DNA from: Bdellovibrionales bacterium | Lineage (GTDB): Bacteria; Bdellovibrionota; Bdellovibrionia; Bdellovibrionales; UBA1609 | Direction: 5' to 3' | NCBI GenBank assembly: GCA_965261545.1 | Contig: CBDHDF010000010.1 | Span: forward strand, 736,001 to 800,000 | DNA: 64,000 bases | Shown: piece by piece, positions 42,147-52,013 of the stretch | Layout: every line of letters starts with the position of its first letter | Numbering within the stretch: the stretch's first letter is position 1 | Program-made: the position numbers and the translations under genes | The notes under the pieces: generated by a model | The model's database searches: none | Seen by the model: the letters and a program-made list of their open reading frames with translations, nothing else | What the model was told of the DNA's origin: nothing

Positions 42147-43349
42147 TTAGTTGTCAAAACGGTCACCGTATTCAATGGCAAACCTGTTCATGGCTGGCTT
42201 CCAGTTGTGTAATGGTCGTGTCCATCGCTTAGAGGCCATTTTTATCGCTAAATATACAACTTTTAAAGCCGACCGATCACTGGGAAATATCTTACGATTT
42301 CTGATCGCCTTGCGGATCACGCTATTTAACGACTCTATGGCGTTTGTGGTATAAAAAATCTTTCTGATTTCATCCGGATAATCGAAAATAGTGATGAGAT
42401 TGTCCCAATTCCTACGCCAAGACTTTTCAATATTCGGATACTTTGAAGACCACTTGGTACAAAATTCCTCAAGGGCCTTTTCAGCTTCTGTCAGAGTCGT
42501 AGAGCCATAAATGGACTTGAGGTCTTGGGCGACAGCTTTCATATCCTTGGAAGGAACATAGCGAAGGGAATTGCGGACCATATGGACAATGCACAGTTGT
42601 ACTTTAGACTTGGGAAAAGCCGCTGAAATGGCTTGAGGAAAACCTGTAAGACCATCTACAGAAAATATAAATACGTCTTTCAACCCTCGATTTTGCAGCT
42701 CAGTCAAAACACTCAACCAAAACTTTGAACCCTCATTTTCAGAAATCCATAGGTCCAACAAGTCTTTCTGACCCTCCTCTGTAATACCAAGAGCTAGGTA
42801 AATCGCCTTATTAATAACTCTCTTGTCTTGATGGACCTTCACCACGATACAGTCCAAAAATACGATAGGGTAAGTGCTATCCAAGGGGCGGTTCTGCCAA
42901 GCCGTAACTTCATCAATAACAGCATCCGTCACGTTGGCTATCACTGAGTGGGATATCTCTGCACCATGGTAGAGGTCTTTGATAGCTCCTTGAATATCCC
43001 TGGTCGTCATTCCCCTCGCATAGAGGGTCAGAATACTGTCTTCAAAGCCCTCAAGACGAGTCTTGCCTTTGGGAATGACTTGGGGCTCAAAGGAGGCACT
43101 TCGGTCACGGGGGACCTGAAGCTCCACCTCGCCTTTCTCTCCCTTTATGGTCTTTCTACTGTAACCATTGCGAGTGTTGGATTTGCGGGTCTCAGACTTC
43201 TCATGCCTCTCATAACCTAGGTGATCGTCCATTTCCGCATTAAGAGCTGTCTCTAAAACAACCTTCATCAGTTGACCCGTTATGTCGGATAAATCCTTTT
43301 GGGTCTTGACGTTCTTCGCTAGTTCCTTGCCTATTGTCTTGATATCCAT
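42147..43349 (-). CDS. IS256-family transposase, copy 2
   Basis: Near-identical to 25551-26753; visible difference LLGLW vs LLDLW. Confidence 0.97.
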   Translation of the reverse strand: MDIKTIGKELAKNVKTQKDLSDITGQLMKVVLETALNAEMDDHLGYERHEKSETRKSNTRNGYSRKTIKGEKGEVELQVPRDRSASFEPQVIPKGKTRLEGFEDSILTLYARGMTTRDIQGAIKDLYHGAEISHSVIANVTDAVIDEVTAWQNRPLDSTYPIVFLDCIVVKVHQDKRVINKAIYLALGITEEGQKDLLDLWISENEGSKFWLSVLTELQNRGLKDVFIFSVDGLTGFPQAISAAFPKSKVQLCIVHMVRNSLRYVPSKDMKAVAQDLKSIYGSTTLTEAEKALEEFCTKWSSKYPNIEKSWRRNWDNLITIFDYPDEIRKIFYTTNAIESLNSVIRKAIRNRKIFPSDRSALKVVYLAIKMASKRWTRPLHNWKPAMNRFAIEYGDRFDN

Positions 43350-43709
43350 TTTGCCTTCTCCTTTCAGGATGATAGTTCATCCTAATATGATTCGGCAGTT
43401 ACACAAAATAGTTTACAGGCTCTTTACACCCAACCCTCAACCAAGGAGTAAGTCACATGCAATCCAATATTGATCTCGAAAGCCCCCAAATGACGAGTTC
43501 GCGTCACAGATGACCATTTTATTCTACCAAAACTTGATTCTTCCTTCAAGTCAGAGCACCTTGTCGATCCAGAAAAACAAAAAAGGAATCGAAAATTTAA
43601 TCCTCAAATTTTCTTTTTTACCATTATCTATCTTATTTCCGGAACAAATTACGAAGGCTACCAAATCGCTCTTAAGACGGTATGGACTCATTTTGGTGAC
43701 CTGCTTCTC

Positions 43710-44756
43710 ATGCCAGTCAAAAGCAGTCTCAGCAAGATACGTCAAAGTATTTCTTACCTATTTTTCAAAGATATCTTTGAATCTTTGATTACAGACTACG
43801 AACCATTGAGAAAAACGTTTCATGGTTTTTATATCTATGCCATAGATGGCGACCAATTAGCACTTCCTCGCTCTAAAGATCTTTTAAAGGAGGGTTATTG
43901 TGGGTACCCTTGCCCAAATGAGATGGAAACTCATTTCTTACGTATGTATCTATCTCATGCTTATGACGTTTTATCGGGTGTGACAAAGAATCTTTGCTAT
44001 TCTCCCGCTCTGAACGAAATCGCCAATGCTATTCAAATGATAGGTAGTTTTGAGAGTAATAGCATAACTCTCTACGATAGGCTTTATTTATCTACAGAGA
44101 TTATTAAGGCCCATGCTCAAGCCAGTAACTTCTTTATTGCGCGTTGTAAGCGAGGCTCTACTTTTATCCCCATTGTAAATTTATTTAATGGCCCAGGTTG
44201 GTATTCACGAATGGTTATTGAGGGGGTGGTCATTCATCTCTATAAGTATAAAAACCCAAAGACTGGGGAGTTCTCTGTTTTGGCCACTAATCTTCCGCAT
44301 GGCTCCTTGGACAAGAAGGATATGGTTGCTCTTTACTCTCGTCGTTGGGAAATAGAAACGACATTTCGTGATTTTACATCGACAATGAAAATGGAGCAGT
44401 GGCACTCAACAAGCCTTAATGGAATATTGCAAGAGCTGTATTCTTATTTTTGGCTCTTCAATTATACAAAGATTCAAATGAGCATAAATGAGGATGAAGA
44501 CAGTGTGAATCAGTTGGTAAAAAATGACTACAAAAAACCTAACTTTAAACTGATTCTTGATTTCATAATGGATAGCATCCCTCTTTTTGTTGCGGGGCTC
44601 TATCAGAAATTTAGGAAGCAGATAAAGTTGCTGATGAAGATTTCAATGGAGAAGAGGAGGCACTTCAAAAGAAGCTATGAAAGGTCTATCAAAAGGGCTG
44701 GGAGTTCTTTTAAAAGAAATAGCTTAACGCAGAGGCAGAGGGGTGTGGTGGCTTAA
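43710..44756 (+). CDS. IS4-family transposase, outer copy
   Basis: Near-identical to 40989-42035; visible difference NLCFS vs NLCYS. Confidence 0.92.
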   Translation: MPVKSSLSKIRQSISYLFFKDIFESLITDYEPLRKTFHGFYIYAIDGDQLALPRSKDLLKEGYCGYPCPNEMETHFLRMYLSHAYDVLSGVTKNLCYSPALNEIANAIQMIGSFESNSITLYDRLYLSTEIIKAHAQASNFFIARCKRGSTFIPIVNLFNGPGWYSRMVIEGVVIHLYKYKNPKTGEFSVLATNLPHGSLDKKDMVALYSRRWEIETTFRDFTSTMKMEQWHSTSLNGILQELYSYFWLFNYTKIQMSINEDEDSVNQLVKNDYKKPNFKLILDFIMDSIPLFVAGLYQKFRKQIKLLMKISMEKRRHFKRSYERSIKRAGSSFKRNSLTQRQRGVVA

Positions 44757-44793
44757 GGAAACGGCATTGATCTAAGAGTCATTTCATTTTGCT

Positions 44794-46260
44794 TTATAGG
44801 CTTTGTGAGAAAACTTTAGCTTGGGGCTTTTGAGTTCGTAGCCTCATGTCTAGCCCCATACATGCATTTCGCAAAAAGGGGAGCCCCCTATTTGTGAGTT
44901 TCATAGCGCCACTTTCAATGACTACGAGTTTGTCGTCGATAAGAGGCTTTAAGAAACCCTTGAGGTCTGACTCTTGGGATTCATTGTGAAGCTTCACTTC
45001 AAACTGAGTCATAAAGGTAAGAATTTGCTCCCTTTGTTTTATATCCTCCTGGCTGAGTTGGTGCCCACGGAGGGTGGGAATCTGTCCCTTTTCTCCAACC
45101 CTTCTCTCATAAATGGGAAGAACCTTTTCATTTTGATGAAAGCATGTGGGAGATTCAGAAATAGAACTGACACCTAGGCCAAGAAGGGTGTGAGTTCTTT
45201 TGTCTGTGTAACCCATAAAGTTTCTGTGCAGCCCTTGGGTCACACAAGATTGGTATAAGGAGTCTTTTTTGAGGGCAAAGTGATCCATTCCGATTTCTGC
45301 ATATCCCGCCTCTATGAGATGGTGACGAGCCATATCGTAGAGGGCTCTTTTTGGGGCTCCTTCGGGGAGGTCTTCATCCTTAAAAAGTCTCTGAGCGGGC
45401 TTAATCCAGGGAACTTTGGCAAAACTGTAAAGGGCGATTCTTTCGGGCATCAGCTGAATGGTTTGCTCGATGGTTTTTTGAAAGCCCTTGAGATTTTGTC
45501 GAGGCAACCCGTAGATCAGATCAAAGTTCACGGAAGTATAACCTATTTGTCGTGCTGTTTCTGTTAAATTGGCTGTGGTGGAAAAGGGTTGTATACGGTT
45601 GATAAGTCTTTGAACTTCAAAATTGAAATCCTGAACACCCATACTTACTCGACGAAAGCCGATATCGTAGAGGGCTTGAAGCTGATCTCTTTGAGTGCGA
45701 CGGGGGTCGACCTCTAAGCTGGCCTCAAAGTCATGGTGGTTGATGGAGGTGGATTTCAAAATGGGCTCCACCATTCCAACAAGGTTTTGAGCCGACAAAA
45801 AAGTGGGAGTTCCGCCACCGAGATGAATTTGCTTGAGGGGCTGGTGCTTGAAGGCTTCCACTTGCTTGAGGTAGCTTTGCCACTCCTGATGGATGAGTTT
45901 TACATAGGGGATTTCGCGATCGTGATTGCGGGTGATGCTTGTGTTGCATCCGCAAAATGTGCAAAGCTGCTCACAGTAGGGAATGTGAATGTACAAGGAC
46001 CAACCGGCTTGGCTGGGGGGCAAGCCTTTTCTGAAAGAGAGATCATTTTTAGAAGAGAGGCTATTTTCAGAGGAGAGGTCATTTTCAAAGGAGAGGTCAT
46101 TTTCAGAAGAAAAGTCGCCCTTGGTGGAGAAGGCTTGATGAAGGGAATTTATCCATTGCTCTGTGGTGGGGGGGGCGGACCAATAGGGCACAGTGGGGTA
46201 GCTTGTGTATCTGGGGGCGGGAACATCGTATTTATTGAGAAGCTGGGGGTCTAAGCTCAC
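44794..46260 (-). CDS. hemN: Oxygen-independent coproporphyrinogen III oxidase
   Basis: PRYTSYPT, LYIHIPYCEQLCTFCGC, GGGTPT, GMDHFA, LHRNFMGY. Confidence 0.97.
   Translation of the reverse strand: MSLDPQLLNKYDVPAPRYTSYPTVPYWSAPPTTEQWINSLHQAFSTKGDFSSENDLSFENDLSSENSLSSKNDLSFRKGLPPSQAGWSLYIHIPYCEQLCTFCGCNTSITRNHDREIPYVKLIHQEWQSYLKQVEAFKHQPLKQIHLGGGTPTFLSAQNLVGMVEPILKSTSINHHDFEASLEVDPRRTQRDQLQALYDIGFRRVSMGVQDFNFEVQRLINRIQPFSTTANLTETARQIGYTSVNFDLIYGLPRQNLKGFQKTIEQTIQLMPERIALYSFAKVPWIKPAQRLFKDEDLPEGAPKRALYDMARHHLIEAGYAEIGMDHFALKKDSLYQSCVTQGLHRNFMGYTDKRTHTLLGLGVSSISESPTCFHQNEKVLPIYERRVGEKGQIPTLRGHQLSQEDIKQREQILTFMTQFEVKLHNESQESDLKGFLKPLIDDKLVVIESGAMKLTNRGLPFLRNACMGLDMRLRTQKPQAKVFSQSL
46035..46115 (-). 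repeat. 18-nt coding tandem repeat in hemN
   Basis: FSSENDLSFENDLSSENSLSSKNDLSF inserted before the radical-SAM motif. Confidence 0.85.
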
Positions 46261-47279
46261 GAGGTCAACCTCTTTCGCACATGTTCAACAATGTAGTGCA
46301 CATGCTTTTCTGGGGTTTGGGGAAGGAGGCCATGGCCCAAGCCGCAGATCCAACCCGCTCTTTCTTCAAGGGTTAAGTCTTCGATGGGCTTTAAGTAGCG
46401 ATCAAATTCCAAGCGAAAGAGCCTCTGATCACTAAAAAGTTGTGTTTGGTCAAAATTTCCCTGAATGGCTCCCCGTGGTCTTCTCTTAAGAAGTTGAGCC
46501 ATGTTCCAGCGATGATCCACTCCCACTCCCAACCAACCCCTGTGGTCCCAAAGGGACTGGAGGTGATCTGGGGTTGTTCCTTTGGAGTAGTACATGATTT
46601 TTCCTGGATGGGCCTTTGCCAATCTTTCCAGTGGGGGGAGGGCGAAGTGGCGAAACACATGGGGAGAAATCTCTCCGGCGGCGGTGTCTAGTACCATCAC
46701 GGCCTCGGCCCCACCCTCCAGTTGCAGATGGATGTTGCCAATAAGTAACTCTGTCAGTGGCTGAGAAAATTTTTCAAAAAGAGGGAGTTGGGATTTCGCT
46801 TCTTTAAGTGGGGCCTTGTGGCTTCCCTCCACGGCGTAGGAGAATAGGGTCCATGGACCTCCGACAAAGCCAATGAGGCTTTTGTGGGAGGGAAGCCGCT
46901 CCCTTGTGGCCAGCATAGCATTCTTTTGAAAGGTCATGGCTTCGAGGGCTTCTTCCATAGGCTTAAGGTCACTCAGATTTTGGTGGTTGAGTTTCCAGTG
47001 GAGTTGTGGACCGGGGTTATAGGTGAGCCCCATGCCCATGGCTTCTAGGGGGAAGAGCAGGTCACTGAAGAGAATGGAGACATCGAAGTCAAATTCGTCG
47101 ATGGGTCCAAGGGCCGTTTCTGCAGCGAGTTCGGGTTCTTTGCAGAGTTGAACAAAGGTGTATTTTTCCTTGAGTTTTTGGTAGTGGGAGTGATAGCGGC
47201 CAGCTTGGCGCATCATCCAAATAGGGGGTGTTTTTTGTGGAATCTTCCTCAGTGCATTTTGAAAGGCTTCATTGCCCAT
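46257..47279 (-). CDS. hemE: Uroporphyrinogen decarboxylase
   Basis: PIWMMRQAGRY, ILFSDL, LIGFVGGPWTL, LGHG. Confidence 0.96.
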   Translation of the reverse strand: MGNEAFQNALRKIPQKTPPIWMMRQAGRYHSHYQKLKEKYTFVQLCKEPELAAETALGPIDEFDFDVSILFSDLLFPLEAMGMGLTYNPGPQLHWKLNHQNLSDLKPMEEALEAMTFQKNAMLATRERLPSHKSLIGFVGGPWTLFSYAVEGSHKAPLKEAKSQLPLFEKFSQPLTELLIGNIHLQLEGGAEAVMVLDTAAGEISPHVFRHFALPPLERLAKAHPGKIMYYSKGTTPDHLQSLWDHRGWLGVGVDHRWNMAQLLKRRPRGAIQGNFDQTQLFSDQRLFRLEFDRYLKPIEDLTLEERAGWICGLGHGLLPQTPEKHVHYIVEHVRKRLTS

Positions 47280-47292
47280 GGGAATATCTCCT

Positions 47293-47343
47293 CATATTTC
47301 TTCTATCCTCATATTTCTTCTATCCTTATATTTCTTCTATCCT
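47293..47343. repeat. 17-bp tandem repeat x3 spanning the lgt stop
   Basis: (C/T)ATATTTCTTCTATCCT x3. Confidence 0.9.
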
Positions 47344-48079
47344 TGCGTAGAGTCCACCAAAAGCCCAACCCCATGGTGAGAAACAAAAGGCTCAGGGCTG
47401 TGGACAAACTAAGGCCGAAGATAAGGGGGCCTCGAAAATCATCTCGCAGGAATTCCATAAAGATTCTTCCCACAGAATGAAGAGAGAGCCAAAGAAAAAA
47501 AAGGGTTCCTGGGAACATAGGTTGCTTTTTCTTTTCTAAAAAAAGCAGCAAAAAACCTATGCCCCACTCTAAGATGCTTGCATAGATTTGAGTGGGGTGA
47601 CGGCTTTCTATCATGGTGGGAAGCGTCGTTGCCCATGGCAAGTGGGAGATCTTGCCATAACAGCAGCCACCCAAAAAACAGCCGATGCGTCCAAAGCCAT
47701 AGCCAAAAGCCACCACGGGGGCCATAAAATCAGCCCAAGGTCTCCAAGGCTCTTTGCTTATTTTGAAAATGACCCACCCAAGGAAAAATCCCCCCATGGC
47801 TCCACCGTAGAACACAAATCCCCCCTCCCAGAGCATAAAAATACGAAGGGGTTGCTCAAAATAAAAAGAAGGTTGTTCGTAGAAAACATGCATGAGGCGA
47901 CTTCCCACCAGAGAGCCCACCATAGTTCCTAGTCCAAGATTGAGAAGGATTTTTTGGGAGAAATTCTTTTTGTGGGCACGCCAAGAGGCCCAGATGATAG
48001 CCAACGAAAAGATTAAACTTATCGTTAAGACATAAGTGGAGATTTGAATAGATTCAGTAAGGATTATAGCGGGATACAC
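47309..48079 (-). CDS. lgt: Prolipoprotein diacylglyceryl transferase
   Basis: WEGGFVFYGG, GRIGCFLGGCCYG, RHPTQIY, RIFMEFLR. Confidence 0.94.
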   Translation of the reverse strand: MYPAIILTESIQISTYVLTISLIFSLAIIWASWRAHKKNFSQKILLNLGLGTMVGSLVGSRLMHVFYEQPSFYFEQPLRIFMLWEGGFVFYGGAMGGFFLGWVIFKISKEPWRPWADFMAPVVAFGYGFGRIGCFLGGCCYGKISHLPWATTLPTMIESRHPTQIYASILEWGIGFLLLFLEKKKQPMFPGTLFFLWLSLHSVGRIFMEFLRDDFRGPLIFGLSLSTALSLLFLTMGLGFWWTLRKDRRNIRIEEI

Positions 48080-48091
48080 GGGCGTTCTTGG

Positions 48092-48703
48092 TCATTGCTG
48101 GGCCTCTGTGACTGTGACCTTTCTGCTTTCTTTTGTTCCTACTCTCATTTTCGCGCCCACTCCTACTTCTACTTTGCCTTCCTCTTTTTCTTTCGCTTTC
48201 GCCTTCGCCTTCTCCTTTTCTTGCTCTTTGATATCAGCACTCATAATGATAAACAAGATGAACACTCCCACTACAATGGCGGAGTCTGCCACATTAAAAG
48301 CAGGAAAAGTATAAGCTCTCGACCAGTGAAAATCTAAGAAATCCACAACATAGCCAAAACGAAGGCGGTCAATATAGTTGCCCAAGGCTCCGCCAAATAT
48401 TCCAGAAAGGGACAAAATCTGCCAACGATCTATTTTGGAAACTCCCCTCAACATAAAAATAATGAGAACCATGGCAAGGGGGGGAACTGATAGTAAAAAG
48501 ACGGTACGAAAGGTGACATGGGCTTCCCTGAACATTCCAAAGGCAGCCCCTTCGTTACGCACATAGGTCAACTCAAAGAAGTTTTTAATGATTGTGTAGG
48601 ATTCACCTAAGTCAAATTGGGTGTGGATATATAGCTTTGTCACCTGGTCGAAAGTGATAATAAAACCTGTAACAGCGATCAAGATGAGGTATTTCTGGCT
48701 CAT
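48092..48703 (-). CDS. lspA: Signal peptidase II
   Basis: DQVTK, NEGAAFG, GGALGNYIDR, VVDF, FNVADSAI. Low-complexity tail. Confidence 0.96.
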   Translation of the reverse strand: MSQKYLILIAVTGFIITFDQVTKLYIHTQFDLGESYTIIKNFFELTYVRNEGAAFGMFREAHVTFRTVFLLSVPPLAMVLIIFMLRGVSKIDRWQILSLSGIFGGALGNYIDRLRFGYVVDFLDFHWSRAYTFPAFNVADSAIVVGVFILFIIMSADIKEQEKEKAKAKAKEKEEGKVEVGVGAKMRVGTKESRKVTVTEAQQ

Positions 48704-48750
48704 ACTCCATATTGTAACGATCTCTCTAGATGAATACTAGCCTTCTTTGC

Positions 48751-49059
48751 CTAAAAAGAGGAGCCCTTTTGGCTCTTTTGTTTTTTGTGACTAACGAGAT
48801 CTTTGAATTCTTTCCCAGGACGAAAGCGAGGAACTTTGACCTCGGGAATAATCAAGCTTTCGCCAGTTCGAGGGTGCCTGCCTGCCCGAGATTTTTTTGT
48901 CAAACGATCAAAAATACCAAAGCCGACAATTTTGATTTCTTCTCCCTTTGAAACCGATGTCTCAATAAGCTTGATGGCTGCATTGAGAAGGGCTTCAACA
49001 TCGGATTTTGTTAAGTGAGTATTTTGCGAGAGTTTGTTGATAAATTGAGATTTATTCAC
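48751..49059 (-). CDS. HU/IHF-family DNA-binding protein
   Basis: MNKSQFI, GFGIF, RAGRHPRTGE, PRFRPGKEFK. Confidence 0.93.
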   Translation of the reverse strand: MNKSQFINKLSQNTHLTKSDVEALLNAAIKLIETSVSKGEEIKIVGFGIFDRLTKKSRAGRHPRTGESLIIPEVKVPRFRPGKEFKDLVSHKKQKSQKGSSF

Positions 49060-49299
49060 ATTTGCCTTTCATATTCATAACTTCATTGAGCTAAAGATTT
49101 CTGGTTAAGGGAATATTCGCTTTTGGTTAAGGAAATACTAGCGGATCGCCTCTTTTATCTCAAGAGGAAACATGGACATGGTGAATCGTATGAGTTCCGA
49201 TATGATATGGATGGATAGATATGGATATAGGTATAGGTATAGGAAAGATGGTGCGACGCATCTTAAGACTCAACTTTTTATGCTTTGACCCTTTTTAGG

Positions 49300-49818
49300 C
49301 TACGCCGGTGTGCTATTTCTTATGGTGGCAATCCTATCAAGCCAAGCTCGTTCTTGCGTCAAATCAAAGCCAATAGCCTCTCCACCCTCTAGGACAGAAG
49401 AAAAAACACGCTTTAAGACTTCCACCTCAAGGGGGTGGCTTTCCATGTCCATGGCTTCTTCAATAGCCTCTAACACACTTATGAGATCTGGGGTTGTCAC
49501 CACCTTAGGCAAGCGCTTCATGTCTAAGCCCATTAAGGTACTGGGCTTAAATCCAATCAGGTTTTGGGTGAGTAGGAGTTTTCGGCCGTCCTGAAAGTTT
49601 ACTTGCAAAAAGTGCAAGCCATCTGTATCAACCCTTGAAATAATTTCTTCAATGAAGGTTGTCGTAAGAGAGAGGACCTTGCCATCGACTTTTTGTTTTA
49701 CTTTGATATCTTCCATCTGCGAGGTACTGATATTTTGCCCTTTTGAGGCTGAAACTTCCAAACCGGCAGAGGACTCTATAAAATCCGCAATTTTTGCAAA
49801 CACTACAACTCCTATCAC
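49300..49818 (-). CDS. Hypothetical protein
   Basis: 172-aa ORF with globular composition. Start uncertain. Confidence 0.65.
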   Translation of the reverse strand: MIGVVVFAKIADFIESSAGLEVSASKGQNISTSQMEDIKVKQKVDGKVLSLTTTFIEEIISRVDTDGLHFLQVNFQDGRKLLLTQNLIGFKPSTLMGLDMKRLPKVVTTPDLISVLEAIEEAMDMESHPLEVEVLKRVFSSVLEGGEAIGFDLTQERAWLDRIATIRNSTPA

Positions 49819-50056
49819 TGTCCTATATATACAATTAAGTTCACTTCTCTCAGATGTTCCCTTTGGAGCATAAAGGGAGAAAATGAGTGAGCAGTGACCT
49901 TGTTACTTTTTATGCAACTCCTTGTGTTTCCTACTCACCTCTATCGTCAATGTGAAAAAATAATTAAAGGTTAAAGGAGTTTTTTAGTTGATTGTCCTGG
50001 ACAAGTCTGGGAAGTAGTTAACTCAATGTTGAGATGTATCATGTGAGGTGTGTATC

Positions 50057-50362
50057 ATGCTTGTGTCCCGTTGGCAGGCCCCCATCCTACCTAAAAGAGA
50101 GCAAATTGTACTCATGTTGGAGGCAGAGGGTCTGAAAGCCTATGAAGAGTGCCTTCCACCTCAGCTTTTTATTCCAGACCATAGGCATCCATTTGACGAG
50201 GTGCGCATAGTTCTGTCTGGAGAACTCATCATCGATGTTTCAGGAAACAAACTCCTCCTCCGCGCAGGAGATAAGATTGTTATCCCCTCCAATACGAAGC
50301 ACTCAAAAAGTGTAGAGGGAGATATCGAGTGTGTTTGCATTTGTTCCAACACGCTTTATTGA
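50057..50362 (+). CDS. Cupin-domain protein
   Basis: DHRHPFDEVRIVLSGEL and AGDKIVIPSNTKH cupin motifs. Confidence 0.9.
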   Translation: MLVSRWQAPILPKREQIVLMLEAEGLKAYEECLPPQLFIPDHRHPFDEVRIVLSGELIIDVSGNKLLLRAGDKIVIPSNTKHSKSVEGDIECVCICSNTLY

Positions 50363-50397
50363 TCAAAGAAATCACTCCAAAATACCGAAGAAGAAGC

Positions 50398-50949
50398 ATG
50401 GCAGAGAAACCCACCAATGTATCCGTCGGTGCACCTATTCATGCATTTGATACATCTCATGCATCAGGTGTATCTTTTGCATCTTTATCGTTGATTCATA
50501 TTTATTTGCAACATATGGGCCGGGAGGAAGTTGACTTGAAACTGTGGGTGGACTCCCTAGGAACTATTGCCCACTCTGAACTCTCTGGCATTGGAGGGCC
50601 ACAGTTTTTGAATATTCTTGAGAAATGGCGCCCTAAGCTGGTCGGTAAATTGTCTGAGTTGGGTGTTCCCAAGGGAAGGTGCCCTGGCTCCATGCTCATC
50701 CGTGAAGCTATTCTTAAGGCCTGTGGGAGGTGGAACTTTCCCGTGGAAAGTGAGTACCTTTGTCATTGTCGTGGCATTAAAACATCGATTGTCGATCGGG
50801 CTGTGATTACAGGGGCCCATCGCGCCGAAGAAGTTTCATCTCAAACCTCAGCTGGCACGGGGTGTGGTACCTGTTGGGAGGATATAAAGAGTGTGATTGC
50901 CTATCGCTTGGGTGGGTCAAAAGCTAAAGCTAAGACTAAAGCTTCTTAG
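50398..50949 (+). CDS. Protein with C-terminal BFD-like [2Fe-2S]-binding domain
   Basis: LCHCRGI...TSAGTGCGTC. Confidence 0.85.
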   Translation: MAEKPTNVSVGAPIHAFDTSHASGVSFASLSLIHIYLQHMGREEVDLKLWVDSLGTIAHSELSGIGGPQFLNILEKWRPKLVGKLSELGVPKGRCPGSMLIREAILKACGRWNFPVESEYLCHCRGIKTSIVDRAVITGAHRAEEVSSQTSAGTGCGTCWEDIKSVIAYRLGGSKAKAKTKAS

Positions 50950-50968
50950 CTGGTTAGCTAGGTGAACT

Positions 50969-51991
50969 TTATCCTATCTTTGCATTGGCAAATCTATAGA
51001 GAATTTGATCTTTGAATTGGGGAACAATATCTTTGATATTTCCTTCAATAAAAGCACCCGCAGCAAACATATGGCCACCACCTTGAAAGTTCTCAGCAAT
51101 GCCAAGGACTTCAAACTTGCCCTTACTTCTCAAGCTGACCTTATGCCCATTTTTTTCTTGGCGGAAGAGAGCGGCCACCTGGACAGTGCTAATATTCATA
51201 ATCATATCAATAACATCACGGGCATCATCTGTACTGAGACCGTTGTCGCTGAGGTCCTTGGAAGTGAGGCACAGAACAGCAGCTTGTCCTTCGGCAAAAA
51301 AGTCAATTTCACCCAAAACCTTGGAAAGCAAAGTTACTTTACCCTGTGAATGTGTGGCAAATAGCTTTTGGTGTATTTCATCGGGATTTTTCTCAAAGTT
51401 TAATAGTTCGGCAGCAATAAGATGGGAAGCGGGGGAACTGCGAATGTACTTAAATACTTGTGTGTCAAAGGCAATACTCGCGTAAATGGACCGGGCAATC
51501 AAAGCATCTAGTTCCACACCTAGCTCCTTGATAAGTCCGTAGGCAATTTCACCAGTGCTGGCAGCTTGGGTATCAATGAAAGAGCCCGCAGTGGGCTTGG
51601 GCCCTTGTTTGAGGATAGGGTGGTGATCGACAAAAAGAATCTTTTGGCATTTTTTTGTGAGCTCTGTGTACAGAGGTTCCACCAATCTTTTATCGTTGGT
51701 ATCAAGTATAAGGGCTAGGTCGGTTTTTTCGATGGGCTGATGAGAGTCTTCAAAGATTTCAATGTACTTTCGAGGCTCTAGGAAAGAGTACTTGGGGGAA
51801 ATCGCATCCACACAAATAGCTCGCACAGGCTTTCCCATTTTTTTCAGGGCGTGGTAAAGGCCCAACTGGGAACCTAGACCATCGCCATCGCACTGTTTGT
51901 GGGTTGTGAGTAAGATATTTTGAGCCTCCTTGATGGAATGCGCCAAGGTTTGGAAGTCTGCTGCCTTTTTTGCACTTTGTTCATTTGCCAT
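50969..51991 (-). CDS. nrnA: DHH/DHHA1 phosphoesterase (NrnA-like oligoribonuclease/pAp phosphatase)
   Basis: THKQCDGDGLGS, VDHH, DT, SLRSKG, GGGHMFAAG. Confidence 0.88.
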   Translation of the reverse strand: MANEQSAKKAADFQTLAHSIKEAQNILLTTHKQCDGDGLGSQLGLYHALKKMGKPVRAICVDAISPKYSFLEPRKYIEIFEDSHQPIEKTDLALILDTNDKRLVEPLYTELTKKCQKILFVDHHPILKQGPKPTAGSFIDTQAASTGEIAYGLIKELGVELDALIARSIYASIAFDTQVFKYIRSSPASHLIAAELLNFEKNPDEIHQKLFATHSQGKVTLLSKVLGEIDFFAEGQAAVLCLTSKDLSDNGLSTDDARDVIDMIMNISTVQVAALFRQEKNGHKVSLRSKGKFEVLGIAENFQGGGHMFAAGAFIEGNIKDIVPQFKDQILYRFANAKIG

Positions 51992-52013
51992 TAAAGATCC
52001 TTTATCGATGGGC

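Larger units (their letters stand above)
40106..43422 (-). mobile_element. IS256-family element, copy 2, interrupted by an inner IS4
   Basis: Same TIRs as copy 1. 8-bp TSD TTTACACC at 40098-40105 and 43423-43430. Confidence 0.95.
40028..44769 (+). mobile_element. IS4-family element (outer copy, 1417 bp net) interrupted by IS256 copy 2
   Basis: Perfect 18-bp TIR CAATGCCGTTTCCTTAAG. 10-bp TSD ATCTAAGAGT at 40018-40027 and 44770-44779. Confidence 0.95.
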
